From Pseudomonas aeruginosa (GTDB lineage Bacteria > Pseudomonadota > Gammaproteobacteria > Pseudomonadales > Pseudomonadaceae), in assembly GCF_001457615.1 (NCBI RefSeq), contig NZ_LN831024.1, positions 240,001 through 272,000 of the forward strand: a DNA stretch of 32,000 bases, given 5' to 3'. The position numbers and the translations under genes are program-made. Under the pieces are notes generated by a model. The model saw nothing but the letters and a program-made list of their open reading frames with translations, ran no database searches and had not been told where the DNA came from. This document shows positions 1 through 8,765 of the stretch, piece by piece; positions within the stretch are counted from its first letter, which is position 1; the number at the start of each line of letters is the position of its first letter.

Positions 1-153
1 GAACAGCTGCACGCCGAAGCTTTCCTCCAGACCCTTCACCGCCGTGGAGATCGACGGCTGGGCGATGTACAGCTTGCGCGAGGCCTCGGCCACGCTGCCG
101 CATTCCACGGTGGTCACGAAATACTTGAGTTGCCGCAAGGTATAGGACGCCAC
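1..153 (-). CDS. LysR-family transcriptional regulator, N-terminal part only (runs off the left edge); GTG start
   Basis: Reverse complement reads VASYTLRQLKYFVTTVECGSVAEASRKLYIAQPSISTAVKGLEESFGVQLF, a typical LysR winged HTH. Divergent from the aldehyde dehydrogenase gene. Confidence 0.88.
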   Translation of the reverse strand, partial: MASYTLRQLKYFVTTVECGSVAEASRKLYIAQPSISTAVKGLEESFGVQLF

Positions 154-344
154 TGCAAGACCTCATCGGCGCATCATCCTCCCCGGGCCGGGCGTGCGCG
201 CCTCGATTGTTGTGTCCGCCGCGCTGCAAGCAAGTTGCAGGCCGCTGCCGGGCGTCGCGGCGCTGGCCGCGACGACGATTGCCCGCCTGCACGATAACCC
301 AGCACGACGCACTTTGCCGGGGCACGCCTGGCCAGCTTTTTCTT

Positions 345-359
345 ATGTCCCGAGGACAT
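345..359. promoter_or_regulatory. Candidate LysR-type operator (ATGTCC-CGA-GGACAT)
   Basis: Perfect 6-bp inverted repeat fitting T-N11-A, in an AT-richer part of the divergent intergenic region. Confidence 0.4.
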
Positions 360-503
360 TTTTAATAATTTTCCTTCGCCGCGGCTTGCGCGACCATCCT
401 TCCCCATCGACCCCATGGACAGCGGTCCGCCTCCCGGCGGTCCGGGCCATGCGTGCAGAACCACGACCGGCGCAGACCGGCGAGATAACAAGGAGAAGGT
501 GGG

Positions 504-1994
504 GTGTTCGAACTCAGCGATTGGCAACGGCGCGCCGCGACACAGCGCTTCATCGACCAGGCCCTGATCGGCGGCCGCCAGCGTCCAGCCGCCAGCGGCG
601 CTACCTTCGACGCCATCGATCCGGCGAGCAATCGCCTGCTGGCGCGGGTCGCGGCCTGCGATGCGGCCGACGTCGACGCGGCAGTGGCCGCCGCCCGCCG
701 CGCCTTCGACGAAGGCCCCTGGGCGCGTCTCGCCCCGGTCGAGCGCAAGCGCGTGCTGCTGCGCCTGGCCGAGCTGATGCTGGCCCATCGCGAAGAGCTG
801 GCGCTGCTCGACTCGCTGAACATGGGCAAGCCGGTGATGGACGCCTGGAACATCGATGTACCCGGCGCCGCCCACGTCTTCGCCTGGTATGCGGAAAGCC
901 TCGACAAGCTCTACGACCAGGTCGCGCCGACCGCCCAGCAGACCCTGGCCACCATTACCCGCGTGCCGCTGGGGGTGATCGGCGCGGTGGTGCCGTGGAA
1001 CTTCCCGCTCGACATGGCCGCCTGGAAGCTCGCCCCGGCCCTGGCCGCCGGCAACTCGGTGGTGCTCAAGCCGGCCGAGCAGTCGCCGTTCTCCGCCCTG
1101 CGCCTGGCCGAGCTGGCCCTGGAGGCGGGGGTGCCGGAAGGCGTGCTGAACGTGGTGCCGGGCCTCGGCGAGCAGGCCGGCAAGGCCCTCGGCTTGCACC
1201 CGGAGGTGGACGCACTGGTGTTCACCGGCTCCACCGAGGTCGGCAAGTACTTCATGCAGTATTCCGCGCAATCCAACCTCAAGCAGGTCTGGCTGGAGTG
1301 CGGCGGCAAGAGTCCGAACCTGGTGTTCGCCGATTGCCGCGATCTTGACCAGGCGGCGGAAAAGGCCGCCTTCGGCATTTTCTTCAACCAGGGCGAGGTC
1401 TGTTCGGCGAACTCGCGCTTGCTGGTGGAGCGTTCGATCCACGACGAGTTCGTCGAGCGCCTGCTGGCCAAGGCCCGCGACTGGCAGCCGGGCGATCCGC
1501 TGGACCCGGCCAGCCGCGCCGGCGCCATCGTCGACCGCCGGCAGACCGCCGGGATTCTCGCCGCCATCGAGCGGGCGCAAGGCGAGGGCGCGACCCTGCT
1601 CGGCGGTGGCCGCCAGTTGACGATCAACGGTTCGGACAACTTCATCGAACCGACCCTGTTCGGCGACGTACGCCCGGACATGCAGCTGGCCCGCGAGGAA
1701 ATCTTCGGTCCGGTGCTGGCGATCAGCGCCTTCGACTCCGAGGACGAGGCCATACGCCTGGCCAACGACAGCCGCTACGGCCTCGCCGCCTCGCTGTGGA
1801 GCGACGACCTGCACCGTGCACACCGGGTGGCGCGGCGCTTGAATGCCGGAACGGTGTCGGTGAATACCGTGGACGCGCTGGACGTCGCGGTGCCTTTCGG
1901 CGGCGGCAAGCAGTCCGGCTTCGGTCGCGACCTGTCGCTGCATTCCTTCGACAAGTACACCCAGTTGAAGACGACCTGGTTCCAGTTGCGCTGA
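504..1994 (+). CDS. NAD(P)-dependent aldehyde dehydrogenase
   Basis: 496-aa ORF, GTG start preceded by AAGGAGAAGG. Has the ALDH motifs PWNFPLDMAAWKLAPALAAGNSVVLKPAE, FTGSTEVGK, LECGGKSPN and NQGEVCSANSR. Confidence 0.95.
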   Translation: MFELSDWQRRAATQRFIDQALIGGRQRPAASGATFDAIDPASNRLLARVAACDAADVDAAVAAARRAFDEGPWARLAPVERKRVLLRLAELMLAHREELALLDSLNMGKPVMDAWNIDVPGAAHVFAWYAESLDKLYDQVAPTAQQTLATITRVPLGVIGAVVPWNFPLDMAAWKLAPALAAGNSVVLKPAEQSPFSALRLAELALEAGVPEGVLNVVPGLGEQAGKALGLHPEVDALVFTGSTEVGKYFMQYSAQSNLKQVWLECGGKSPNLVFADCRDLDQAAEKAAFGIFFNQGEVCSANSRLLVERSIHDEFVERLLAKARDWQPGDPLDPASRAGAIVDRRQTAGILAAIERAQGEGATLLGGGRQLTINGSDNFIEPTLFGDVRPDMQLAREEIFGPVLAISAFDSEDEAIRLANDSRYGLAASLWSDDLHRAHRVARRLNAGTVSVNTVDALDVAVPFGGGKQSGFGRDLSLHSFDKYTQLKTTWFQLR

Positions 1995-2051
1995 AGACGC
2001 GACGGACGCGACACGACTCGATGCCGATAACGACAACAAGAGGACGATCGA

Positions 2052-3485
2052 ATGAACGACACGCCGAACGTGCGTGAGCCGGCCCTGCGCCGCGTGCTCG
2101 GGCTGGGACCGCTGCTGGCGGTGGCCATCGGCCTGGTGGTTTCCCAGGGCGTGATGGTACTGATGCTGCAAGGCGCCGGGACGGCCGGCCTGGGCTTCAT
2201 CGTGCCGCTGGGAGTGGCCTACCTGCTGGCGCTGAGCTACGCCTTTTCCTTTTCCGAGCTGGCCCTGATGATTCCCCGCGCCGGTAGCCTGAGCAGCTAC
2301 ACCGAGGTGGCCATCGGGCATTTCCCGGCGATCCTGGCGACCTTTTCCGGCTACGTGGTGGTGGCGATGTTCGCCCTCTCGGCGGAACTGCTGCTGCTCG
2401 ACCTGATCATCGGCAAGGTCTACCCCGGCGCGCTGCCGCCGATGCTGGTGGCCTACGGCGTGCTCGGCCTGTTCACCCTGCTCAACCTGCTCGGCATCGA
2501 CATCTTCGCGCGCCTGCAGAGCGCGCTGGCGCTGCTGATGATGATCGTCCTGCTGGTGCTCGGCCTGGGTGCGGTGAGCAGCGACCACGCTTCCGCGCAG
2601 ACCGCCCTGGCGAGCGGCTGGAACCCGCTCGGGGTAAGCGCCCTGGCGCTCACCGCGATGGCCGTGTGGGGCTTCGTCGGCGCCGAGTTCGTCTGCCCGC
2701 TGGTGGAGGAGACGCGGCGTCCGGAGCGCAACATCCCGCGTTCGATGATCCTCGGCCTGAGCATCATCTTCCTGACCATCGCCCTCTACTGCTTCGGTGC
2801 GCTGCTGTGCATCCCGCAGGCGGAACTGGCCGGCGACCCGCTGCCACACTTCCTCTTCGCCAACCGCGTGTTCGGCGAGTACGGCCAGCTGTTCCTGGTG
2901 ATCGCCGCGATCACCGCCACCTGCAGCACCCTCAACTCGTCGCTGGCGGCGATCCCGCGGATGCTCTACGGGATGGCGCAGAACGGCCAGGCCTTCCCGC
3001 AATTCAAGCAGCTCAGCCGGCGGGCGCGCACGCCCTGGGTGGCGGTGCTGTTCGTCGCCGCGATCACCGGCCTGCCGATCCTGATCCTCGGCCAGGACCC
3101 GGACTCGATCAACCTGCTGCTGCTCGCCGCCGCGCTGGCCTGGCTGCTGGCCTACATCATCGCCCACGTCGACGTGCTGGCCCTGCGCCGTCGCTATCCG
3201 CACATCGCCCGTCCGTTCCGCACGCCGTTCTACCCGCTGCCGCAACTGTTCGGCATCGCCGGGATGATCTACGCGGTGGTCCACGTCTCGCCGACCCCGG
3301 AAATGACCGGACGGATCTTCGCCAGCGCCGGCGTGGTGCTCGGCGTGGTCTCGCTGGTGGCGGTGGTGTGGATCAAGGGCGTGATGCGCAAGCCCCTCTT
3401 CGTACCCGAACCGCTCGAGACGGCCGGTGAGACTGCCCAGGGCAAGTCCGTCGCCCTCGATCCCCTGCAATCCCCTTCGGCCTGA
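2052..3485 (+). CDS. APC-family amino acid/amine permease
   Basis: 477-aa multi-TM ORF with an APC-type N-terminus (LRRVLGLGPLLAVAIGLVVSQGVMVLMLQGAG), downstream of the ALDH gene. Confidence 0.92.
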   Translation: MNDTPNVREPALRRVLGLGPLLAVAIGLVVSQGVMVLMLQGAGTAGLGFIVPLGVAYLLALSYAFSFSELALMIPRAGSLSSYTEVAIGHFPAILATFSGYVVVAMFALSAELLLLDLIIGKVYPGALPPMLVAYGVLGLFTLLNLLGIDIFARLQSALALLMMIVLLVLGLGAVSSDHASAQTALASGWNPLGVSALALTAMAVWGFVGAEFVCPLVEETRRPERNIPRSMILGLSIIFLTIALYCFGALLCIPQAELAGDPLPHFLFANRVFGEYGQLFLVIAAITATCSTLNSSLAAIPRMLYGMAQNGQAFPQFKQLSRRARTPWVAVLFVAAITGLPILILGQDPDSINLLLLAAALAWLLAYIIAHVDVLALRRRYPHIARPFRTPFYPLPQLFGIAGMIYAVVHVSPTPEMTGRIFASAGVVLGVVSLVAVVWIKGVMRKPLFVPEPLETAGETAQGKSVALDPLQSPSA

Positions 3486-3515
3486 CGCGCCAAGGGAACA
3501 AGGAGAACACAGACG

Positions 3516-4898
3516 ATGACCGCTCAGCTCAACCCGCAGCGCGACACCCGCGACTACCAGCAACTGGACGCCGCGCACCACATCCACGCCTTCCTCGACC
3601 AGAAGGCGCTGAACCGCGAAGGCCCGCGGGTGATGGTCCGCGGCGATGGCCTGCAGCTCTGGGACAACGACGGCAAGCGCTACCTGGACGGCATGTCCGG
3701 CCTCTGGTGCACCAACCTCGGCTACGGCCGCCAGGACCTCGCCGCCGCCGCCAGCCGCCAGCTGGAACAACTGCCGTACTACAACATGTTCTTCCACACC
3801 ACCCACCCGGCGGTGGTGGAGCTTTCCGAGATGCTCTTCAGCCTGCTGCCGGACCACTACAGCCACGCGATCTACACCAACTCCGGCTCCGAGGCCAACG
3901 AGGTGCTGATCCGTACCGTGCGGCGCTACTGGCAGATCCTCGGCAAGCCGCAGAAGAAGATCATGATCGGCCGCTGGAACGGCTACCACGGCTCGACCCT
4001 GGGCAGCACCGCGCTCGGCGGGATGAAGTTCATGCACGAGATGGGCGGCATGCTGCCGGACTTCGCCCACATCGACGAACCCTACTGGTACGCCAACGGC
4101 GGCGAGCTGAGCCCGGCCGAGTTCGGTCGCCGCGCGGCGCTGCAACTGGAGGAGAAGATCCTCGAACTGGGCGCGGAGAACGTCGCCGCCTTCGTCGCCG
4201 AGCCCTTCCAGGGCGCCGGCGGCATGATCTTCCCGCCGCAAAGCTATTGGCCGGAGATCCAGCGCATCTGCCGGCAGTACGACGTGCTGCTGTGCGCCGA
4301 CGAAGTGATCGGCGGCTTCGGCCGCACCGGCGAATGGTTCGCCCACGAACACTTCGGCTTCCAGCCGGACACCCTGTCCATCGCCAAGGGCCTGACGTCC
4401 GGCTACATCCCCATGGGCGGCCTGGTACTCGGCAAGCGCATCGCCGAGGTGCTGGTGGAGCAGGGCGGGGTGTTCGCCCACGGCCTGACCTATTCCGGCC
4501 ACCCGGTGGCGGCGGCGGTGGCCATCGCCAACCTCAAGGCGCTGCGCGACGAGGGCGTGGTCACGCGGGTCAGGGAGGAGACCGGACCCTACCTGCAACG
4601 CTGCCTGCGCGAGGTCTTCGGCGACCATCCGCTGGTCGGCGAGGTCCAGGGCGCCGGCTTCGTCGCCGCGCTGCAGTTCGCCGAGGACAAGGCGACCCGC
4701 AAGCGCTTCGCCAACGAGAACGATCTGGCCTGGCGCTGCCGCACCATCGGCTTCGAGGAGGGCGTGATCATCCGCTCCACCCTCGGCCGCATGATCATGG
4801 CCCCGGCGCTGGTGGCCGGGCGTGCCGAGATCGACGAACTGATCGACAAGACCCGTATCGCGGTGGATCGCACCGCGCGCGAGATCGGCGTGCTCTGA
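3516..4898 (+). CDS. Class III (omega) aminotransferase, PLP-dependent
   Basis: 460-aa ORF with FHTTHPAVVELSEMLFSLLPDHYSHAIYTNSGSEANE, LLCADEVIGGFGRTGEWFAHEHFGFQPD and SIAKGLTSGYIPMGG (PLP lysine). Confidence 0.94.
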   Translation: MTAQLNPQRDTRDYQQLDAAHHIHAFLDQKALNREGPRVMVRGDGLQLWDNDGKRYLDGMSGLWCTNLGYGRQDLAAAASRQLEQLPYYNMFFHTTHPAVVELSEMLFSLLPDHYSHAIYTNSGSEANEVLIRTVRRYWQILGKPQKKIMIGRWNGYHGSTLGSTALGGMKFMHEMGGMLPDFAHIDEPYWYANGGELSPAEFGRRAALQLEEKILELGAENVAAFVAEPFQGAGGMIFPPQSYWPEIQRICRQYDVLLCADEVIGGFGRTGEWFAHEHFGFQPDTLSIAKGLTSGYIPMGGLVLGKRIAEVLVEQGGVFAHGLTYSGHPVAAAVAIANLKALRDEGVVTRVREETGPYLQRCLREVFGDHPLVGEVQGAGFVAALQFAEDKATRKRFANENDLAWRCRTIGFEEGVIIRSTLGRMIMAPALVAGRAEIDELIDKTRIAVDRTAREIGVL

Positions 4899-5061
4899 CG
4901 CGCCCCGGCGGCCCGGCCTCGGCCGGGTCGCCTGCGACACGGAGCGTCCCCCCATAACGACGATGCGGCGCCTGGCGACCGCGCGCGGAACCGTTTCGGC
5001 CTCTGGCCGGCAACTGCCTCAGCAACATCACAACAATGCCAATCGGCTGTGGGAGTGTTCC

Positions 5062-6120
5062 ATGTTCAAGTCCTTGCACCAGTACGCACACGTGTTTTCC
5101 CGGTTGTCCCTGTTCGGCCTGGCGTTCGCCGCGGCGGCCCAGGCGCAGAGCCAGAGCCTGACGGTGATCTCCTTCGGCGGCGCGACCAAGGCCGCCCAGG
5201 AACAGGCCTATTTCAAACCCTTCGAGCGAAGCGGCGGCGGGCAGGTGGTCGCCGGCGAATACAACGGCGAAATGGCCAAGGTGAAGGCCATGGTCGACGT
5301 CGGCAAGGTCAGCTGGGACGTGGTCGAGGTGGAGAGCCCCGAACTGCTCCGCGGCTGCGACGAGGGGCTGTTCGAACGCCTCGACCCGGCGCGTTTCGGC
5401 GACCCCGCGCAGTTCGTCCCCGGCACTTTCAGCGAGTGCGGGGTGGCCACCTACGTCTGGTCGATGGTGATGGCCTACGACTCGACGAAGCTGGCCAGGG
5501 CGCCGCAGTCCTGGGCGGATTTCTGGAACGTCCGCGAGTTCCCCGGCAAGCGTGGCCTGCGCAAGGGCGCCAAGTACACCCTGGAAGTGGCGTTGCTGGC
5601 CGACGGGGTGAAGGCGGAGGACCTCTACAAGGTACTCGCCACCCCGGAGGGGGTCAGCCGCGCCTTCGCCAAGCTCGACCAGCTCAAGCCGAACATCCAG
5701 TGGTGGGAGGCCGGCGCCCAGCCGCCGCAATGGCTGGCGGCCGGCGACGTGGTGATGAGCGCGGCCTACAACGGGCGCATCGCCGCTGCGCAGAAGGAGG
5801 GGGTGAAACTGGCCATCGTCTGGCCCGGCAGTCTCTACGATCCGGAGTACTGGGCGGTGGTGAAGGGCACGCCGAACAAGGCGCTGGCGGAGAAATTCAT
5901 CGCCTTCGCCAGCCAGCCGCAGACGCAGAAGGTGTTCTCCGAGCAGATCCCCTACGGGCCGGTACACAAGGGCACCCTGGCGTTGCTGCCGAAGACGGTG
6001 CAGGAGGCGCTGCCGACCGCGCCGGCCAACCTCGAAGGCGCGCGGGCGGTGGATGCCGAGTTCTGGGTGGACCACGGCGAGGAGCTGGAACAGCGTTTCA
6101 ATGCCTGGGCGGCGCGCTGA
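5062..6120 (+). CDS. Periplasmic extracellular solute-binding protein (polyamine/GABA-type)
   Basis: The ORF track opens at 4963, but the better start is ATG 5062, giving a signal peptide (MFKSLHQYAHVFSRLSLFGLAFAAAAQAQSQS) followed by LTVISFGGATKAAQEQAYFKPFE. Confidence 0.88.
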   Translation: MFKSLHQYAHVFSRLSLFGLAFAAAAQAQSQSLTVISFGGATKAAQEQAYFKPFERSGGGQVVAGEYNGEMAKVKAMVDVGKVSWDVVEVESPELLRGCDEGLFERLDPARFGDPAQFVPGTFSECGVATYVWSMVMAYDSTKLARAPQSWADFWNVREFPGKRGLRKGAKYTLEVALLADGVKAEDLYKVLATPEGVSRAFAKLDQLKPNIQWWEAGAQPPQWLAAGDVVMSAAYNGRIAAAQKEGVKLAIVWPGSLYDPEYWAVVKGTPNKALAEKFIAFASQPQTQKVFSEQIPYGPVHKGTLALLPKTVQEALPTAPANLEGARAVDAEFWVDHGEELEQRFNAWAAR

Positions 6121-6137
6121 GCGCGCTGCGCGTCGGC

Positions 6138-6174
6138 AAAAAAAATGACGGGCCCCAAGTCGTCCGGGCCCGTC
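6138..6174 (-). terminator. Rho-independent terminator for the DapA-like gene
   Basis: GACGGGCCC (6147-6155) / GGGCCCGTC (6166-6174), 9-bp perfect stem with 10-nt loop. The adjacent A8 on the + strand is a U-tract for minus-strand transcripts; it lies 24 nt past the stop. Confidence 0.85.
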
Positions 6175-6197
6175 GGGTCAAAGCGCTGACGGGGTGA

Positions 6198-7079
6198 TCA
6201 GCGCAGCTCTTCCAACAACCCCTGCAGATACCGACAGCCCTCGGTATCCAGCGCCTGCACCGGAAGGCGCGGCGCCCCCACCTCCAGGCCGGAGAGGCCC
6301 AGGCCGGCCTTGATGGTGGTCGGCAGGCCCCGGCGGAGGATGAAGTCGAGCAGCGGCAACTGCCGGTAGAACAGCGCGCGGGCCTTCTCCAGGTCGCCGT
6401 CGAGCACCGCCTGGTAGAGCTGGCCGTTGAGCGTCGGGATCAGGTTCGGCGCGGCGCTGCACCAGCCTTTCGCGCCGGCCACGAAGGCCTCCAGCGCCAG
6501 CGGGTTGCAGCCGTTGTAGAAGGGCACCCGGCCTTCGCCGAGCAGGCGCAGCTTGTGCATGCGCTGGATGTCGCCGGTGCTCTCCTTGACCATGGTCACG
6601 TTGTCCACTTCGCGGACGATGCGCAGGATCAGTTCCACCGACATGTCGATGCCGCTGGTGCCCGGGTTGTTGTAGAGCATCACCGGCACGCCGATGGCTT
6701 CGCCCACCGCGCGGTAGTGCTGGAACACTTCCGCCTCGTTGAGCTTCCAGTAGGAGATCGGCAGGACCATCACCGCCTCGGCGCCGAGGGATTCGGCGAA
6801 CTGCGCGCGGCGCACGGTCTTGGCGGTGGTCAGGTCGGAGACGCTGACGATGGTCGGCACGCGATGGGCGACGGTCTTCAGGGTGAAGTCGACCACCTCG
6901 TCCCATTCCGGGTCGCTCAGGTAGGCGCCTTCGCCGGTGCTGCCGAGCGGGGCGATGGCGTGCACGCCGCCGTCGATCAGGCGCTCGATGGAGCGGCCGA
7001 GGGCCGGCAGGTCGAGACCGCCGTCGGCGGCGAAGGGGGTGATGGTGTAGCCGATGATGCCGTGGATGGATGCGGACAT
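6198..7079 (-). CDS. Dihydrodipicolinate synthase/N-acetylneuraminate lyase family protein
   Basis: About 293 aa from MSASIHGIIGYTITPFAADGGLDL; motifs GSTGEGAYLSDPEW, YYN-like MLYNNPGTSG and VKESTGD. Start could also be 7097 (MSRVHPM...). The longer upstream extension in the track is implausible. Confidence 0.92.
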   Translation of the reverse strand: MSASIHGIIGYTITPFAADGGLDLPALGRSIERLIDGGVHAIAPLGSTGEGAYLSDPEWDEVVDFTLKTVAHRVPTIVSVSDLTTAKTVRRAQFAESLGAEAVMVLPISYWKLNEAEVFQHYRAVGEAIGVPVMLYNNPGTSGIDMSVELILRIVREVDNVTMVKESTGDIQRMHKLRLLGEGRVPFYNGCNPLALEAFVAGAKGWCSAAPNLIPTLNGQLYQAVLDGDLEKARALFYRQLPLLDFILRRGLPTTIKAGLGLSGLEVGAPRLPVQALDTEGCRYLQGLLEELR

Positions 7080-7138
7080 TGGATGTACCCGTGACATTGA
7101 GTGGGAAATGCCAGGACGGACCTGGTGGGAAAGGTCGT

Positions 7139-7921
7139 TCAGCTCAGGCAGTCGCTGTTGCGCGGCAGGCAGCGCCGGGCGTAGTAGTTGAATGCGGCGC
7201 CGTGGCGCTTCGGGGTGGAGATCCAGTCGTGGGCCTCGCGCGCCAGGGCCGGCGGGATCGGCTTGATCTCCCCGGCGGCCATCGCCAGCAACTGCATCTT
7301 CGCCGCGCGCTCGAGCAGCACCGCGATCACGCAGGCCTCCTCGATGCTTGCACCGGTGGCCAGCAGGCCGTGATGGGAGAGCAGGATGGCGCGCTTGTCG
7401 CCGAGGGCGGCGGAGATGATCTCGCCTTCCTCGTTGCCTACCGGCACGCCCGGCCAGTCCTTGAGGAAGGCGCAGTCGTCGTATAGCGGGCAAAGATCCA
7501 TGTGCGAGACCTGCAGCGGTACTTCCAGGGTCGACAGCGCGGCGATGTGCAGCGGGTGGGTGTGGATGATGCAATTGACGTCCGGGCGGGCGCGGTAGAC
7601 CCAGCTGTGGAAGCGATTGGCCGGATTCGCCATGCCGTGCCCGTGGAGGACGTTGAGGTCTTCGTCGACCAGCAGCAGGTTGCCGGCGCTGATCTCGTCG
7701 AAGCCCAGGCCCAGTTGCTGGGTGTAGTAGGTCCCCGCCTCCGGGCCGCGCGAGGTGATCTGCCCGGCGAGCCCGGAGTCGTGGCCGGCCTCGAAGAGAA
7801 TCCGGCAGGTCAGGGCCAGCTTTTGCCGGTCAGTCCACGTATTATCGCCGAGGCTGCTTTTCATCTGCTTCAGCGCGTGCTGGATCAGTTGATCCTTGGG
7901 TAATTCCAGTGTCGTAGCCAT
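7139..7921 (-). CDS. Class II aldolase/adducin family protein
   Basis: About 260 aa from MATTLELPKDQ; motifs ILFEAGHDSGLAGQITSR and NCIIHTHPLHIAALS. The track extends to 8020, but that leader crosses the putative operator region. Confidence 0.9.
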   Translation of the reverse strand: MATTLELPKDQLIQHALKQMKSSLGDNTWTDRQKLALTCRILFEAGHDSGLAGQITSRGPEAGTYYTQQLGLGFDEISAGNLLLVDEDLNVLHGHGMANPANRFHSWVYRARPDVNCIIHTHPLHIAALSTLEVPLQVSHMDLCPLYDDCAFLKDWPGVPVGNEEGEIISAALGDKRAILLSHHGLLATGASIEEACVIAVLLERAAKMQLLAMAAGEIKPIPPALAREAHDWISTPKRHGAAFNYYARRCLPRNSDCLS

Positions 7922-7994
7922 GCGAGGTTCCTTTGACGGAGCGAGTCGGGGGAAACGCCAGGCAGTTGCGCGCCACGCAACGACCCGGCTGTAA

Positions 7995-8030
7995 ATGACA
8001 CGGATCAAGTTATATGACACAAAGTGTCAT
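7995..8030. promoter_or_regulatory. Candidate operator for the XRE-cupin regulator and divergent aldolase gene
   Basis: ATGACAC (7995) plus ATGACAC-AAA-GTGTCAT (8014-8030): three identical half-sites, two in direct orientation 19 bp apart. Confidence 0.6.
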
Positions 8031-8075
8031 TAGCAAGAGAAAAGTTTCATCGCCATCGGGAGAAGGCTGTCCTCA

Positions 8076-8615
8076 ATGTCCATGCGCTTGAAATTGCTGA
8101 GAAAAAAACTCGGGGTCACGCTGGAGACCCTGGCCGAGAAGACCGGCCTGACCAAGAGCTACCTGTCCAAGGTCGAGCGCGGGCTGAACACGCCGTCCAT
8201 TGCCGCCGCGCTGAAGCTGGCGAAGGCGTTGAACGTGCAGGTGGAGGAGCTGTTCTCCGAGGAAAGCGACGGTGTCGACGGCTACAGCATCGTTCGTCGC
8301 GACCAGCGCAAGTCGCTGTCCAGCGGCGACGACGGCCCGGCCTACGCCTCCCTCGCGCAGCAGATCGGCGCCCGCGCGCTGTTGCCGTTCATCGTCCACC
8401 CCCCGCGCGATTTCAGTCACTCGACGTTCAAGGAGCACCTCGGCGAAGAGTTCATCTTCGTCCATGAGGGCCAGGTCGAGGTCGACTTCATGAACCAGCG
8501 GATCATCCTCGAGCGCGGCGACGCCCTGCATTTCAACGCACAGAAGCCGCACCGCATCCGCTCCCTGGGGGAGACCCAGGCGGAATTGCTGGTGGTGATC
8601 CACAGCGACGAATGA
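8076..8615 (+). CDS. XRE-family regulator with C-terminal cupin domain
   Basis: 179 aa; HTH GVTLETLAEKTGLTKSYLSKVERGLNTPSIAAALKLAKALNV, then cupin-like FKEHLGEEFIFVHEGQVEVDF...LERGDALHFNAQKPHRI. Confidence 0.92.
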   Translation: MSMRLKLLRKKLGVTLETLAEKTGLTKSYLSKVERGLNTPSIAAALKLAKALNVQVEELFSEESDGVDGYSIVRRDQRKSLSSGDDGPAYASLAQQIGARALLPFIVHPPRDFSHSTFKEHLGEEFIFVHEGQVEVDFMNQRIILERGDALHFNAQKPHRIRSLGETQAELLVVIHSDE

Positions 8616-8654
8616 GGCGGCGGCTTCGGTCGATCGGATGCTTGCTAACGTTCT

Positions 8655-8688
8655 GTTCGATTATCGAACTATTAATCGATTATCGGAT
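8655..8688. promoter_or_regulatory. Tandem IclR/PcaR-like box pair upstream of the CoA-transferase operon
   Basis: GTTCGATTATCGAAC (8655-8669) and AATCGATTATCGGAT (8674-8688), cores 19 bp apart; 78 bp before the CoA-transferase start. Confidence 0.6.
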
Positions 8689-8765
8689 TGTGAGCCCTCG
8701 GACCCCGGCGTAAGGTTCTCGTCACGTGCCGTCCAGGCAGCGCACAACAAGACGAGACCCGACCG

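Noticed and set aside
174-4955. 1593-aa frame on the + track spanning the ALDH, permease and aminotransferase genes
   Set aside because: Low-complexity R/G/H/A/Q-rich translation typical of a non-coding frame in a high-GC genome. It overlaps three well-supported enzyme/transporter genes.
4795-6075. Long antisense ORF across the binding-protein gene
   Set aside because: No domain signature. Composition mirrors the codon bias of the real + strand gene.
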